Assembly (NCBI GenBank): GCA_038230375.1
Contig: JBBRNJ010000020.1
Location: 32,001-96,000, forward strand
Origin: Polyangiales bacterium
GTDB taxonomy: Bacteria; Myxococcota_A; Polyangia; Polyangiales; Polyangiaceae
Reading direction: 5' to 3'
DNA length: 64,000 nucleotides
Position numbers and translations under genes: made by a program. Positions 33,554-43,606 of this stretch are shown in pieces. How positions within the stretch are numbered: the stretch's first letter is position 1; each line of letters begins with the position of its first letter. The notes beneath the pieces are model-generated. The model ran no database searches, was not told the DNA's origin, and saw only the letters and a program-made list of their open reading frames with translations.

Positions 33554-33576
33554 GCTATTGACTTGGGGTCAATAGC
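33554..33576. promoter_or_regulatory. Perfect 9-bp inverted repeat, putative operator
   Basis: GCTATTGAC-TTGGG-GTCAATAGC; relatively AT-rich; between divergent genes. Confidence 0.55.
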
Positions 33577-33614
33577 CTGCAGCGCGCTGCCATCAGAGGG
33601 ATCGCGACATCGGT

Positions 33615-33812
33615 GAGGTCGAGGTCGAAGTCGTTGTCGAGTCGAGGTCGAAGTTCGCGGCGTCGTCGAGGCCGTCGGTGCCGTCGAGGTCGAAGTTCGC
33701 GGCGTCGTCGAGGTCGAAGTTCGCGGCGTCGTCGAGGCCGTCGGTGCCGTCGAGGTCGAAGTCCCCGTCGAAGTCGCCGTCGTTGTCGAAGTCGAGGTCG
33801 AAGTCCCCGTCG
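33615..33812. repeat. Hexamer-based composite tandem repeat (GAGGTC/GAAGTC family)
   Basis: 24-mer GAGGTCGAAGTTCGCGGCGTCGTC x3 and 18-mer GAGGCCGTCGGTGCCGTC x2 in A-B-A-A-B order, flanked by degenerate hexamers. Confidence 0.9.
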
Positions 33813-33849
33813 ATCCCCTATGCTCCCCTTTCACCTCGGGAGGTGCTTC

Positions 33850-34308
33850 TTGCAATTCAATCCGTGCTCGTCCTGTGCTCGCCACGTGAAGGCCTCCGAG
33901 ACCGCTTGCCCGTTCTGCGGTGCTGGCATCATCGCGTCCGTTGCGGGCTCGGCGGAGGGTCGCGTACGTGACCGCACCGCGCTCCTCTTCGGCGCCGCGG
34001 CCATCGCCGGAACTCTCGCCGTTGCTGGCTGCAACAACAACGCGACCACGGATGGCGCCACCGGCGGCGCGACCGGCACGCCCACGAACGCGACCACGCC
34101 CACCGCCCCGACCCACGAGCCCACCGGCATGGTGATGCCCTACGGCGTACCGATCCCGCACGACGTGGACGCCTCGTCACCGCCAGTGGCCACGCCCGTC
34201 GACGCTGGAAAGCCGAAGCCGCCACAGCCGCCTCAGCCGCAACCGACTGCCGTCCCCGCATACGGCTTGCCCATGCCCACTTCGTCCCAACCGGCGCCGA
34301 AGAAATGA
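33850..34308 (+). CDS. Zinc-ribbon lipoprotein with YGxP repeats
   Basis: GGGAGG RBS then TTG; CSSCARHV..CPFC; internal lipobox VAGC; PYGVP and AYGLP. Confidence 0.75.
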   Translation: MQFNPCSSCARHVKASETACPFCGAGIIASVAGSAEGRVRDRTALLFGAAAIAGTLAVAGCNNNATTDGATGGATGTPTNATTPTAPTHEPTGMVMPYGVPIPHDVDASSPPVATPVDAGKPKPPQPPQPQPTAVPAYGLPMPTSSQPAPKK

Positions 34309-34411
34309 GACCGACGCTGGCGCTCACGCCGTGACGGACGCCTCTCCCTACGGTGTCCTACCTGGCCGCGACCTGGATTTTCTCGGGCGAAAGTAAATCT
34401 TTCAGGACGAG

Positions 34412-34436
34412 GCAACTTCCGTCGCGCTGCCACGTA
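34412..34436 (+). promoter_or_regulatory. ECF-sigma-type promoter (-35 GCAAC, -10 CGTA)
   Basis: AAC-N16-CGT geometry, 14 nt upstream of the AGAGGA RBS of the small Cys-rich ORF. Confidence 0.5.
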
Positions 34437-34464
34437 CGATCAAGCACGAAAGAGGAACCTGACC

Positions 34465-34620
34465 ATGATGACCGACCAATCGTGCAAATGTACTGGGTGT
34501 GCGGAGAACGGCTGCTCGTGCGACAAGAACGGCTGCGCATGCAAGGGCCCGTGCCCCTGCGGCCCCGCGTGCGTGTGCTCCAAGGCGAAGCACGACAAGA
34601 AGACCGCTCACAAGCACTGA
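34465..34620 (+). CDS. Metallothionein-like protein (51 aa, 11 Cys, 3 His)
   Basis: Translated by hand as MMTDQSCKCTGCAENGCSCDKNGCACKGPCPCGPACVCSKAKHDKKTAHKH; AGAGGA RBS at 34451; too short for the ORF track. Confidence 0.85.
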   Translation: MMTDQSCKCTGCAENGCSCDKNGCACKGPCPCGPACVCSKAKHDKKTAHKH

Positions 34621-34629
34621 GGTGAATTC

Positions 34630-35013
34630 GTGACGCTGGTCCCCTGCGCTGCATGCGCCCGCCACGTGAAGGCCGATGAGTCGCGGTGTCCCTTCTGCGA
34701 TGCCGCGCTCACCGCGCCCACGGCTCGCGCAATGACAGCGCTGCCTCGAAGCCGCGCCGCGCTCATGTTCGGCGCCGTGTTCGGAGCAGCCAGCCTCGCA
34801 GGGGCCATCGGCGTCGGGTGCAATGCCTCGCCACCCGCACCAGCCTACGGCGGCCCACCACCGCCACCCGACATGCACTCGCTGACGGTCACCCCCGTCA
34901 CCGCCGGCGACGCGGGCCCGGCACCATTCGCAGTCTCAGCCTACGGCGCCCCGGCGCCCACCGACACAGCCCCGCATCCTGCGGACGCCGGTACGAAGCC
35001 CAGTTCCAGGTAG
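34630..35013 (+). CDS. Zinc-ribbon lipoprotein with YGxP repeats, paralog of 33850-34308
   Basis: GAGGTG RBS then GTG; CAACARHV..CPFC; lipobox GVGC; AYGGP and AYGAP. Confidence 0.8.
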   Translation: MTLVPCAACARHVKADESRCPFCDAALTAPTARAMTALPRSRAALMFGAVFGAASLAGAIGVGCNASPPAPAYGGPPPPPDMHSLTVTPVTAGDAGPAPFAVSAYGAPAPTDTAPHPADAGTKPSSR

Positions 35014-35017
35014 CGCG

Positions 35018-36214
35018 TCAAGCCGGCGCGGTTTGTCGCCAGGTGTCGTGGTAGCCGCGGTCCTCCAGATCGTCTGCGTAGGAAAGGGGTACGAGCGGCA
35101 GCGTGGTGTCGATCATCACGGCGAGCTCGTCGGTGTGCTTGGTCCCGATGCTCTTTTCGTATGCGCCCGGATGCGGTCCGTGCGCGATACCTGCAGGATG
35201 CAACGAGATCGCACCGGGCCCCACGCCCTTGCGGCTCGTGAAGTTGCCGCGCAGGTAGAGAATGACCTCGTCGCAGTCGACGGAGGAGTGCGGGTATGGA
35301 CACGGGATCGCGTTCTCGTGGGTGTCCGTCATGCGCGGCACGAACGAGCAGACCAGGAAGCCGGGCCCCGCGAAGGTGCTGTGAATCGTGGGCGGCAGGT
35401 GAACCTGGCCCGTCTTTGGTTGGTACTTCGTGATGTTGAAGGCCCACGGATAGACGAAGCCGTCCCAGCCGATGACATCCATGGGTGAACGCTCGAGCAT
35501 GAGGCTGCTGAAGCGGCCGCTCTTCTTCACGATGAGCTCGCGCGGGCCTTCCGGTACGTGGTCCCACGTAGCGATCGGACCCTGCGGCGCGATGAAATCG
35601 CGATGCGTGTATGGTGCATCCATCTTGAGCTGACCGATGGAGCTGCGGAAGCCTTGCGGCACCACCAGGCCGCCGTGCGCCTCCATCACCATGGCCTTGA
35701 GCGCGCCGCCGGTGGGCAGTAGCCAGCGATGCGGGAGCGAGCGCGGCACCCAGACGTAGTCGCCCTCGCGCACGTCGAGCACGCCGCAGTTGGACTCCAG
35801 CTTGGCCGCGCCGTCGTGCACGTACCAGAGCTCGTCTGCGTCACCGTTGGCAAAGTAGCTGTCGTCCGTCTCGGTCGCCTGCGCGAGAAAGATGGTAATG
35901 TCCCTGTTGCCCAGGATGGGCACGCGCGCGTCGAGCGCCTTGCCTGCGAGCGCGACACGGCCGCTCTGGTAGAGGCGACGCACGAGCGGATCTTCCGCGC
36001 GCTCGCTCGCGGCGCTGGGTGTGCCTAGCTTGTGCCCACGCGTGGTCCTCCGTGCCTCGGCCGCGGTCGTGGGGAAGCGATGATAGAAGTACGAGAAGGC
36101 GCCGGAGAAGCCGTCGCGCGTGAACATCTCCTCGTAGACGAGCTCGCCGGTCGGCGCGCGCAGCACGGTGTGCGGCTTGTCCGGCAGTATCCCTGCATGC
36201 TTGCGATCGATCAT
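35018..36214 (-). CDS. hmgA: Homogentisate 1,2-dioxygenase
   Basis: NGDADEL, DVIGWDG, HLPPTIH, PYPHSSVDCDE and HGPHPG; coupled to hppD. Confidence 0.93.
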   Translation of the reverse strand: MIDRKHAGILPDKPHTVLRAPTGELVYEEMFTRDGFSGAFSYFYHRFPTTAAEARRTTRGHKLGTPSAASERAEDPLVRRLYQSGRVALAGKALDARVPILGNRDITIFLAQATETDDSYFANGDADELWYVHDGAAKLESNCGVLDVREGDYVWVPRSLPHRWLLPTGGALKAMVMEAHGGLVVPQGFRSSIGQLKMDAPYTHRDFIAPQGPIATWDHVPEGPRELIVKKSGRFSSLMLERSPMDVIGWDGFVYPWAFNITKYQPKTGQVHLPPTIHSTFAGPGFLVCSFVPRMTDTHENAIPCPYPHSSVDCDEVILYLRGNFTSRKGVGPGAISLHPAGIAHGPHPGAYEKSIGTKHTDELAVMIDTTLPLVPLSYADDLEDRGYHDTWRQTAPA

Positions 36215-37377
36215 CAGCCGCCCGCCTTCTTCGCCTCGGCCTGCTGCGCGCGCTCGATGCTCTCGAAGAGTGCGCGGAAGTTGCCGTAGCCGAAGCCGGG
36301 GTCACCGGCGCGCTGGATGATCTCGTAGAAGAACGGGCCGGCGCGCGACTCGTCGTACATGACCGCGGCCTCGCGCATGAAGATCTGGAGCATGTACTTG
36401 TCGTTCGCGCCGTCCACGAGGATCTGCAGGCGCTCGAGCTCGCGCAGCTCCTCCTTCACGTTCGTGATGCCCAGCTTCGCGAGGCGCTCGGGCAGGTCGT
36501 CGAAGTAGGACTTTGGCGTCTTGAGGAACTCGACCCCGCGGCCCTTGAGCTCCTCCACCGTGGAGAGGATGTTCGTGACGGCGAAGGCGATGTGCTGCAC
36601 GCCGTTACCGTTGTTGTCCTCGATGAACTTCGCGATCTGTGAGTCGCGGAAGAAGGGACGCAGCGGCTCGTTCGTGGCGAACTTCACGCCGCTCTCCGGG
36701 TCCCACATCACGATCGAGCGAAGCCCCGAGCCGCTCGCGCGATCCTTTGCGATGTCCTTGGTGTGGAAGCTGATGTCCCAGAACGGCTCGAAGCCGAGCA
36801 CCTCGCGATAGAACGCGATGATCGGCTGCATCGTGAGGCCATTCGACGTGATGTGGTCGATGGCGGAGATGCCGTAGAGGTTCTCCGGACGGCTCGCGTG
36901 GCCCGTCCCCACGTCCTCGAAGTTCGGCGCGAAGCCGCGGTAGTCGCGGCGCTCGACGAAGCGGAACGCAACATCGCCCAGCGGAGTCGCGATCTCGACG
37001 CTGCGGTACGTGCCTCCGCGCTCGTCCTTGTGCTCCACCGGATCGGCCAGGAACGTGGCGCTCCGAGGCTCCAGGTACGCGATGGTCTTGTCCAGGTCCT
37101 CCACGCGGAACGAGAGGCTCATCACGCCGGCCGGGTGCCGCTTCATGTAGCGCGCGGCCTTGGAGCTCTGACCGAGCGGCGTGGAGACGCACACACGCAC
37201 GTCGCCCGCGCCGAAGACGGCCGCTTCCTGTCCGCTTCGCTTGGTGAGGTCCGCGCTCGCACGGGCGACCTCCTTGAAATCGAGCTTTTCCGTGTAGAAT
37301 GCACGTGAACGCTCGAGGTTCTCCACCACGAAGTGGAAGCTGTCGTAGCCCTGGATCCCGGAGTGCGGATTCGCCAT
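36214..37377 (-). CDS. hppD: 4-hydroxyphenylpyruvate dioxygenase
   Basis: IDHITSN, NEP, SQI, GVQHIAF, LQIF, FFYEIIQR and GFGYGNFRALFESIE. Confidence 0.95.
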   Translation of the reverse strand: MANPHSGIQGYDSFHFVVENLERSRAFYTEKLDFKEVARASADLTKRSGQEAAVFGAGDVRVCVSTPLGQSSKAARYMKRHPAGVMSLSFRVEDLDKTIAYLEPRSATFLADPVEHKDERGGTYRSVEIATPLGDVAFRFVERRDYRGFAPNFEDVGTGHASRPENLYGISAIDHITSNGLTMQPIIAFYREVLGFEPFWDISFHTKDIAKDRASGSGLRSIVMWDPESGVKFATNEPLRPFFRDSQIAKFIEDNNGNGVQHIAFAVTNILSTVEELKGRGVEFLKTPKSYFDDLPERLAKLGITNVKEELRELERLQILVDGANDKYMLQIFMREAAVMYDESRAGPFFYEIIQRAGDPGFGYGNFRALFESIERAQQAEAKKAGG

Positions 37378-37567
37378 GGCGCGAAGAATGCCATAGCCAC
37401 GACCGAAATGCGCTCTGGCCACGGAGCCGGCCCGACCAGCCGACGATCTCGATGCCGGATCGGGCCTGGCGCCCCCAGTGGTCGGGGCCGTGACCATCCA
37501 TTCGAGCAGGGGATTGCGCAGGTGCGACGGTGACGCCACCTCGGAAAACACTGGATGAATCCCGACG

Positions 37568-37586
37568 GGCACGATCCTCGCTTCGA
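37568..37586 (+). promoter_or_regulatory. Sigma54-like -24/-12 promoter
   Basis: GGCACGATCCTCGC (GG-N10-GC); near-identical copy at 38392. Confidence 0.6.
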
Positions 37587-37600
37587 TGCATTGTGCACGC

Positions 37601-38272
37601 ATGCCCGTGAAGTTCTTCGATGCCCCGATCTCCGATGACGAGCTGAACCTGCGGGAGTCGCTGGACGCGCCCACGCTCACGTTCAAGCGTCAGCGCGTGG
37701 TGACCGCCCCGATGCCGTTCCGGCCAGAGGTCACGGAGCAGCCGCGCGCGCCCGTGTATGTGCAGCCGGTTGCCATGCAAGCGAACCCGTCGCCACGTGC
37801 GCCGCGAAGAACGAGACAGTGGGTGCTTGCCGCGTTGATCGTGATCGGCCTCGGCGCCGCGGGTCACTTCGGTGGCGCGCATGCGCGCAACGCGATCACG
37901 CACGCTCCGCCGCCGATCGCCACGCCTGTGATCGCCGAAGCGAAGCCCGAGCTCGTCGCCACGCCAGTCGTCCGCATCACTGCGCCGGCGGTACCCGCCA
38001 AGCCAACAGCGAAGCCGACGGAGCACCGAGCACACCGCGCAGACCCGACGGCGGCACTGACGGCGACGACTGCGACGACGACTTCGACGACGACCTCGAC
38101 ATCGACCTCGACGCCGACATCGACCTCGACCTCGACCCCGACCTCGACCTCGACCTCGACGCCGCCCTCGACCCTGACCCCAGCCCCGACGGCTCCGGCT
38201 CCGACGGCCGAGGACGATCTGATGCGGCAGGCCACCGAGACTCTGTCGAACGCGCAGCTCGAAGGTCCCTGA
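37601..38272 (+). CDS. Pro/Thr-rich single-pass membrane protein
   Basis: One TM segment; TS-repeat tract; C-terminal MRQATETLSNAQLE. Confidence 0.7.
   Translation: MPVKFFDAPISDDELNLRESLDAPTLTFKRQRVVTAPMPFRPEVTEQPRAPVYVQPVAMQANPSPRAPRRTRQWVLAALIVIGLGAAGHFGGAHARNAITHAPPPIATPVIAEAKPELVATPVVRITAPAVPAKPTAKPTEHRAHRADPTAALTATTATTTSTTTSTSTSTPTSTSTSTPTSTSTSTPPSTLTPAPTAPAPTAEDDLMRQATETLSNAQLEGP
38074..38180. repeat. (GACCTC)n-type hexamer repeat inside a CDS, encoding Thr-Ser repeats
   Basis: Same unit as 5036-5083. Confidence 0.85.
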
Positions 38273-38391
38273 AGTAGCGCAAGTAGGACAAGCTGCGTCG
38301 TCGCCCCGAGCCCCCAGGCGTCGGGTCCGGCGCCCACCAGCTGTCGAAGGCGCAGTGCAGGATTGGGCTTGTTTTGCCGTGAAACGGGGCC

Positions 38392-38410
38392 GGCACGCTC
38401 CTCGCTTCGA
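38392..38410 (+). promoter_or_regulatory. Sigma54-like -24/-12 promoter
   Basis: GGCACGCTCCTCGC (GG-N10-GC); 18/19 identical to 37568-37586, with the same distance to the ATG. Confidence 0.6.
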
Positions 38411-38424
38411 ATGGAGGGAACCCC

Positions 38425-39315
38425 ATGTCGGCACATCCCTCCCAGTCGCCCGCCCGGAACGAAGATGCACCCACCCGGATCGTGGCGGCGCAGCATGACC
38501 CGTCCGCGAACCTGCTCGCGCTGGCCGATGCGATCGAGGCCTGTCTGCACGTGAGTGTCGGGACGGACAACGTGGCCGGCGACGAGCGCACCCTTGCGCT
38601 GGATCCCCACAGCGTCATCGTGCGGCCCCAGCAACCGCAGCGTGTCCTCACGACGCAGCCCCTCGCCGTTCAGTCGAAGCCGACCGCGATCTTCGCGAGC
38701 CGCCTGCCCGCGCACTTTGTCGCGCCCAGCCCCGTCGTGATCACCGCGCCCCCGGCGACCACCGCTGCGATCGCCCCGCCGGAGAAGACCGCAGTCGAGG
38801 CTCCGCGCAAGCAGACGTTGTTCGTGCAGCCGGCGAAGCGTAGAAGCAAGGCGCCGTGGCTTGCCGTTGCTGCGCTCCTCATCGCGGCCGTTGGTGTTGG
38901 TGGCTACGTGGAGCGCGGTCACATTCAGCAGTACCGCGCGCAGATGGCCGCGAAGCCCGCGCCCGCAACGCCGGTCGCGCAGATCGCGCAACCGCAAGCC
39001 GCACCCGTCGTCGCTCAGCCTGCGCCCGTTGTCGCCCAGCCCGTCGCCGCGCAGCCAGTGGCGGAGCCGGTGGTCGTGGTTGTTGCTCAGCCTGTTGCGC
39101 CCGTCGCACAGCCGGAGGCTCAGCCCGTCACGGCGCGCGTCAAGCATCGCGAAACCCACGCGCGCAAGCCGGACGCGAAGCCCGCATCCGATACGGCGCA
39201 GGCGTCGAACGACACGAAGCCCGAGCCCAGGGGCGAAGCAAAGCCCGAGTCGAAGCCCGACATGAAGGCCGCCACCGACGCGATGTTGAAGGCGCAGCTG
39301 GACAGCGCGCTGTAG
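38425..39315 (+). CDS. Pro/Ala/Val-rich single-pass membrane protein
   Basis: One TM segment; VAQP repeats; C-terminal MKAATDAMLKAQLD. Confidence 0.75.
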   Translation: MSAHPSQSPARNEDAPTRIVAAQHDPSANLLALADAIEACLHVSVGTDNVAGDERTLALDPHSVIVRPQQPQRVLTTQPLAVQSKPTAIFASRLPAHFVAPSPVVITAPPATTAAIAPPEKTAVEAPRKQTLFVQPAKRRSKAPWLAVAALLIAAVGVGGYVERGHIQQYRAQMAAKPAPATPVAQIAQPQAAPVVAQPAPVVAQPVAAQPVAEPVVVVVAQPVAPVAQPEAQPVTARVKHRETHARKPDAKPASDTAQASNDTKPEPRGEAKPESKPDMKAATDAMLKAQLDSAL

Positions 39316-39344
39316 ACAGTCTCTGGATTGATGCGCGCGCGCTC

Positions 39345-41804
39345 CTAGACTGGGGGTGGAGAGGTCTGGCGTTCCTTCTGCGGGATGAGGCCTTCACGCA
39401 TGCGTGCAAGGAACGAAGCCACGCGCGGGTTTGGTGCGCCCCGTCCAGCGACCGCAGAGTCCAGGATGTCCACCCAGTAGACCACAGCAAAGCCGCGCTG
39501 CACGGAGAGCGCGACCAGATCGCGGAGCGCTCCGTCTTCGTCGATGGTCGTGCCGGCACTCAACTCCGCAAGAGACTGGATCGCCGCACGCGCAAACTCG
39601 ATGTCGCTCGAGGCCAGGCGCGCCGCCACGACCCGCTCCTTCGCGCGCGCGGTCTCCTTCAGGGCGCTGTGCGCGTCGCCTGCGGCCAGCGCCACCAGCG
39701 CGCGCGTCGCGCATGCGAATGCCTGCGTCCGCTGCTGCATCATCGACAGACGCGCTTCGGTGAGCTCCGCTGCGAGCTCGCGTGCCTCGGCATGCTCCCT
39801 GGCGCCGGTCCGCGCGATGATCTCGTTCACGAGCGCCAGCAGCTCCACGTCTGGTGAGATCTCAGCGCGCGCGGCCTGCCTTGCCGCCTTGAAGCGCTCG
39901 GCGGCCTCCTGGTGCTCACCGCGCATGATGAATGCAGCGCCGCGGCTCTGCTCCGCCGCATGCAGCAACGTGGGCAGGTCCCCGTGACCGAGCAGCAGAC
40001 TCGCGCGCGAGAGCAGCCTGCGTCCCTCCGCTTCCTGGCCCTCGGATTCTATGAGCATCCCTCCGAGCGCGACCAGAACGCGCACCTCCAACAAGGTGCA
40101 TCCTGCACGCATCGAGATCGAGAGAGCACGCCGCAGCTCACGGGTGGCGCGCGCGGGATCGACCCGCGCCGCAAGGAGGCCCATCATGACCGACCGCACG
40201 CACTCGTCGAATGAACGCTCGGGGATGGCGGCGCCTTCGAGCGCCACGTCCACGTCGAGCAGGGCATCTCCCGCGTCCACCTTGCCCAGCGTGCAGAGGT
40301 GCAGTCCGCGCGCAATGACCAGGTTCATGGCCTGAGGTGATCTCCGCGACTCTCCCTCGAACCGGGCGAGCGAGCGCTCCACCCGGGCAAGCGCGCGTTC
40401 GGCGTCTTCCTTGCCGCCCATGAGCGCGGCGAACGACTCCGCACGCGCCGCGAGATCCTTCGCGAGAAGCGGCGACCAGTCGTCCGCGCGTGCCGAATCG
40501 ACGCGTGCACGCGTCACGCGCCGGGCACGCAGCGCCAGGAATGCGCTCCCCACCATGCCGGCGATCGGATGGGTGCCAGTCAGCGGCTCCAGCAGCAGCG
40601 CCGCGGCATCCAGATCGAGGCGCAGCGTCATCACGAGCGCGCGCACGACACGACCGAAGGTACCTTTTCGCTCGCGGCGGGACAGCGCGTCGAGCATCGC
40701 CATGTCCATGGTTGCCAGGGACTCGGACACCGCCTTCTCGGGCAGGTCGTCGACCTCGTAGACGCGCGGAGGGGGGGCTGGCACAGCGATCGCGATCGCC
40801 TGCGCCGGGAGCGAGGCGGGTGGCTGCTCCACCACTGCGGGTCCGATGCCCATGAGCGGGCGCACGCTCGCGGGCGCGAGATCTTCCGAGGAGAGCGTCG
40901 CCGGAGAGACGGACATGGCCGGCGGCGGCACGCTCTTGCGCGGAGGCTCGCTCATGGGCCCGCGCGAGTTGACCGGCGCGGTGTCGAGGTCGGCGATGGT
41001 GTCGAATGCCTCGCGCGCGGTCGCGAAGCGATCCGCCTCGTCGCGAGCCAGGAGGCGCATGAGCGCGGACGCCAGCGGATCGGGCACGCGGCCCGCGAGG
41101 ACGGGGTCCTTGGTGATGCGTGCACGGAGCCGCTCCTCGCGCGTGTCACCCGAGTGAAGCAGCCCCACGCCGAGCAGCTCGAAGAGCACCAACCCCGCGG
41201 CGTAGAGATCCGATCGCGGAGAGATCACGCCGCGCGTGAGCGCCTCGGGCGCCATGTAGTCCACCGTTCCGAAGAGCGGCGTTCCGTTTCCCGCGAGCTC
41301 CGGTGAGAGCCCGGTTGCCTGCGCCGCAAGACCGAAATCGACGATCTTCGGGTTCTCGAAGCTGTAAGCGCTGCCGCGCTGCACGAGCACGTTCCGCGGC
41401 TTGATGTCCAGGTGGAGCACACCCGCGTCGTGCGCGTCGGCGATTCCTTCGAGCAGCGCACGCGCCACACGGAGCACTTCATGCGGAAGAAGAGCGCGTC
41501 CGAACGAGCGCGGCTCCAGCGGGAGCGGGTCTGTGACGAGCTCGAGGGCGATGTAGAGACCGCCGGTCTCATCTGCGCCGTGATCGTAGAGGGCGGCGAT
41601 ACGGCGCGATTTCAGTTTTGAAAGGGCACGCGCCTCCGCCAGAAACCGCTGCCTTAACGCTGGTACGTCGGGCCCGGGAGGAACGATCTTCAAGGCAACA
41701 TCGCGCGCAGCACGCATATCGCGGGCGCGATACACCGTGGCGGTGCCCCCGGAGCCGAGTGGCTCGCCGAGCTCGTATCGTCCGAAAAGAATCGGCACCT
41801 GCAC
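39345..41804 (-). CDS. Hanks-type Ser/Thr protein kinase with C-terminal helical/TPR-like region
   Basis: LGSGGTATVY, VALK, HLDIKPRN, DFG, GTVDYMAPE and SDLYAAG. Confidence 0.93.
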   Translation of the reverse strand: MQVPILFGRYELGEPLGSGGTATVYRARDMRAARDVALKIVPPGPDVPALRQRFLAEARALSKLKSRRIAALYDHGADETGGLYIALELVTDPLPLEPRSFGRALLPHEVLRVARALLEGIADAHDAGVLHLDIKPRNVLVQRGSAYSFENPKIVDFGLAAQATGLSPELAGNGTPLFGTVDYMAPEALTRGVISPRSDLYAAGLVLFELLGVGLLHSGDTREERLRARITKDPVLAGRVPDPLASALMRLLARDEADRFATAREAFDTIADLDTAPVNSRGPMSEPPRKSVPPPAMSVSPATLSSEDLAPASVRPLMGIGPAVVEQPPASLPAQAIAIAVPAPPPRVYEVDDLPEKAVSESLATMDMAMLDALSRRERKGTFGRVVRALVMTLRLDLDAAALLLEPLTGTHPIAGMVGSAFLALRARRVTRARVDSARADDWSPLLAKDLAARAESFAALMGGKEDAERALARVERSLARFEGESRRSPQAMNLVIARGLHLCTLGKVDAGDALLDVDVALEGAAIPERSFDECVRSVMMGLLAARVDPARATRELRRALSISMRAGCTLLEVRVLVALGGMLIESEGQEAEGRRLLSRASLLLGHGDLPTLLHAAEQSRGAAFIMRGEHQEAAERFKAARQAARAEISPDVELLALVNEIIARTGAREHAEARELAAELTEARLSMMQQRTQAFACATRALVALAAGDAHSALKETARAKERVVAARLASSDIEFARAAIQSLAELSAGTTIDEDGALRDLVALSVQRGFAVVYWVDILDSAVAGRGAPNPRVASFLARMREGLIPQKERQTSPPPV

Positions 41805-41820
41805 ACCTTAGCCTTTTTGA

Positions 41821-43572
<1,752 letters not shown>

Positions 43573-43606
43573 CCGCTGCGCGCGCGGCTAGGTCGGACGC
43601 GCCGAG

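Noticed and set aside
33615..33812. Possible CRISPR array
   Set aside because: Units are hexamer-derived and adjacent, with no unique spacers and no cas genes.
33493..34161. Minus-strand ORF with TSTST repeats
   Set aside because: Product of the hexamer repeat; antisense to the better-supported zinc-ribbon gene.
39345..41804. Pseudokinase (HLD instead of HRD)
   Set aside because: The catalytic Lys, Asp, Asn, DFG and APE are intact; it is a non-RD kinase.
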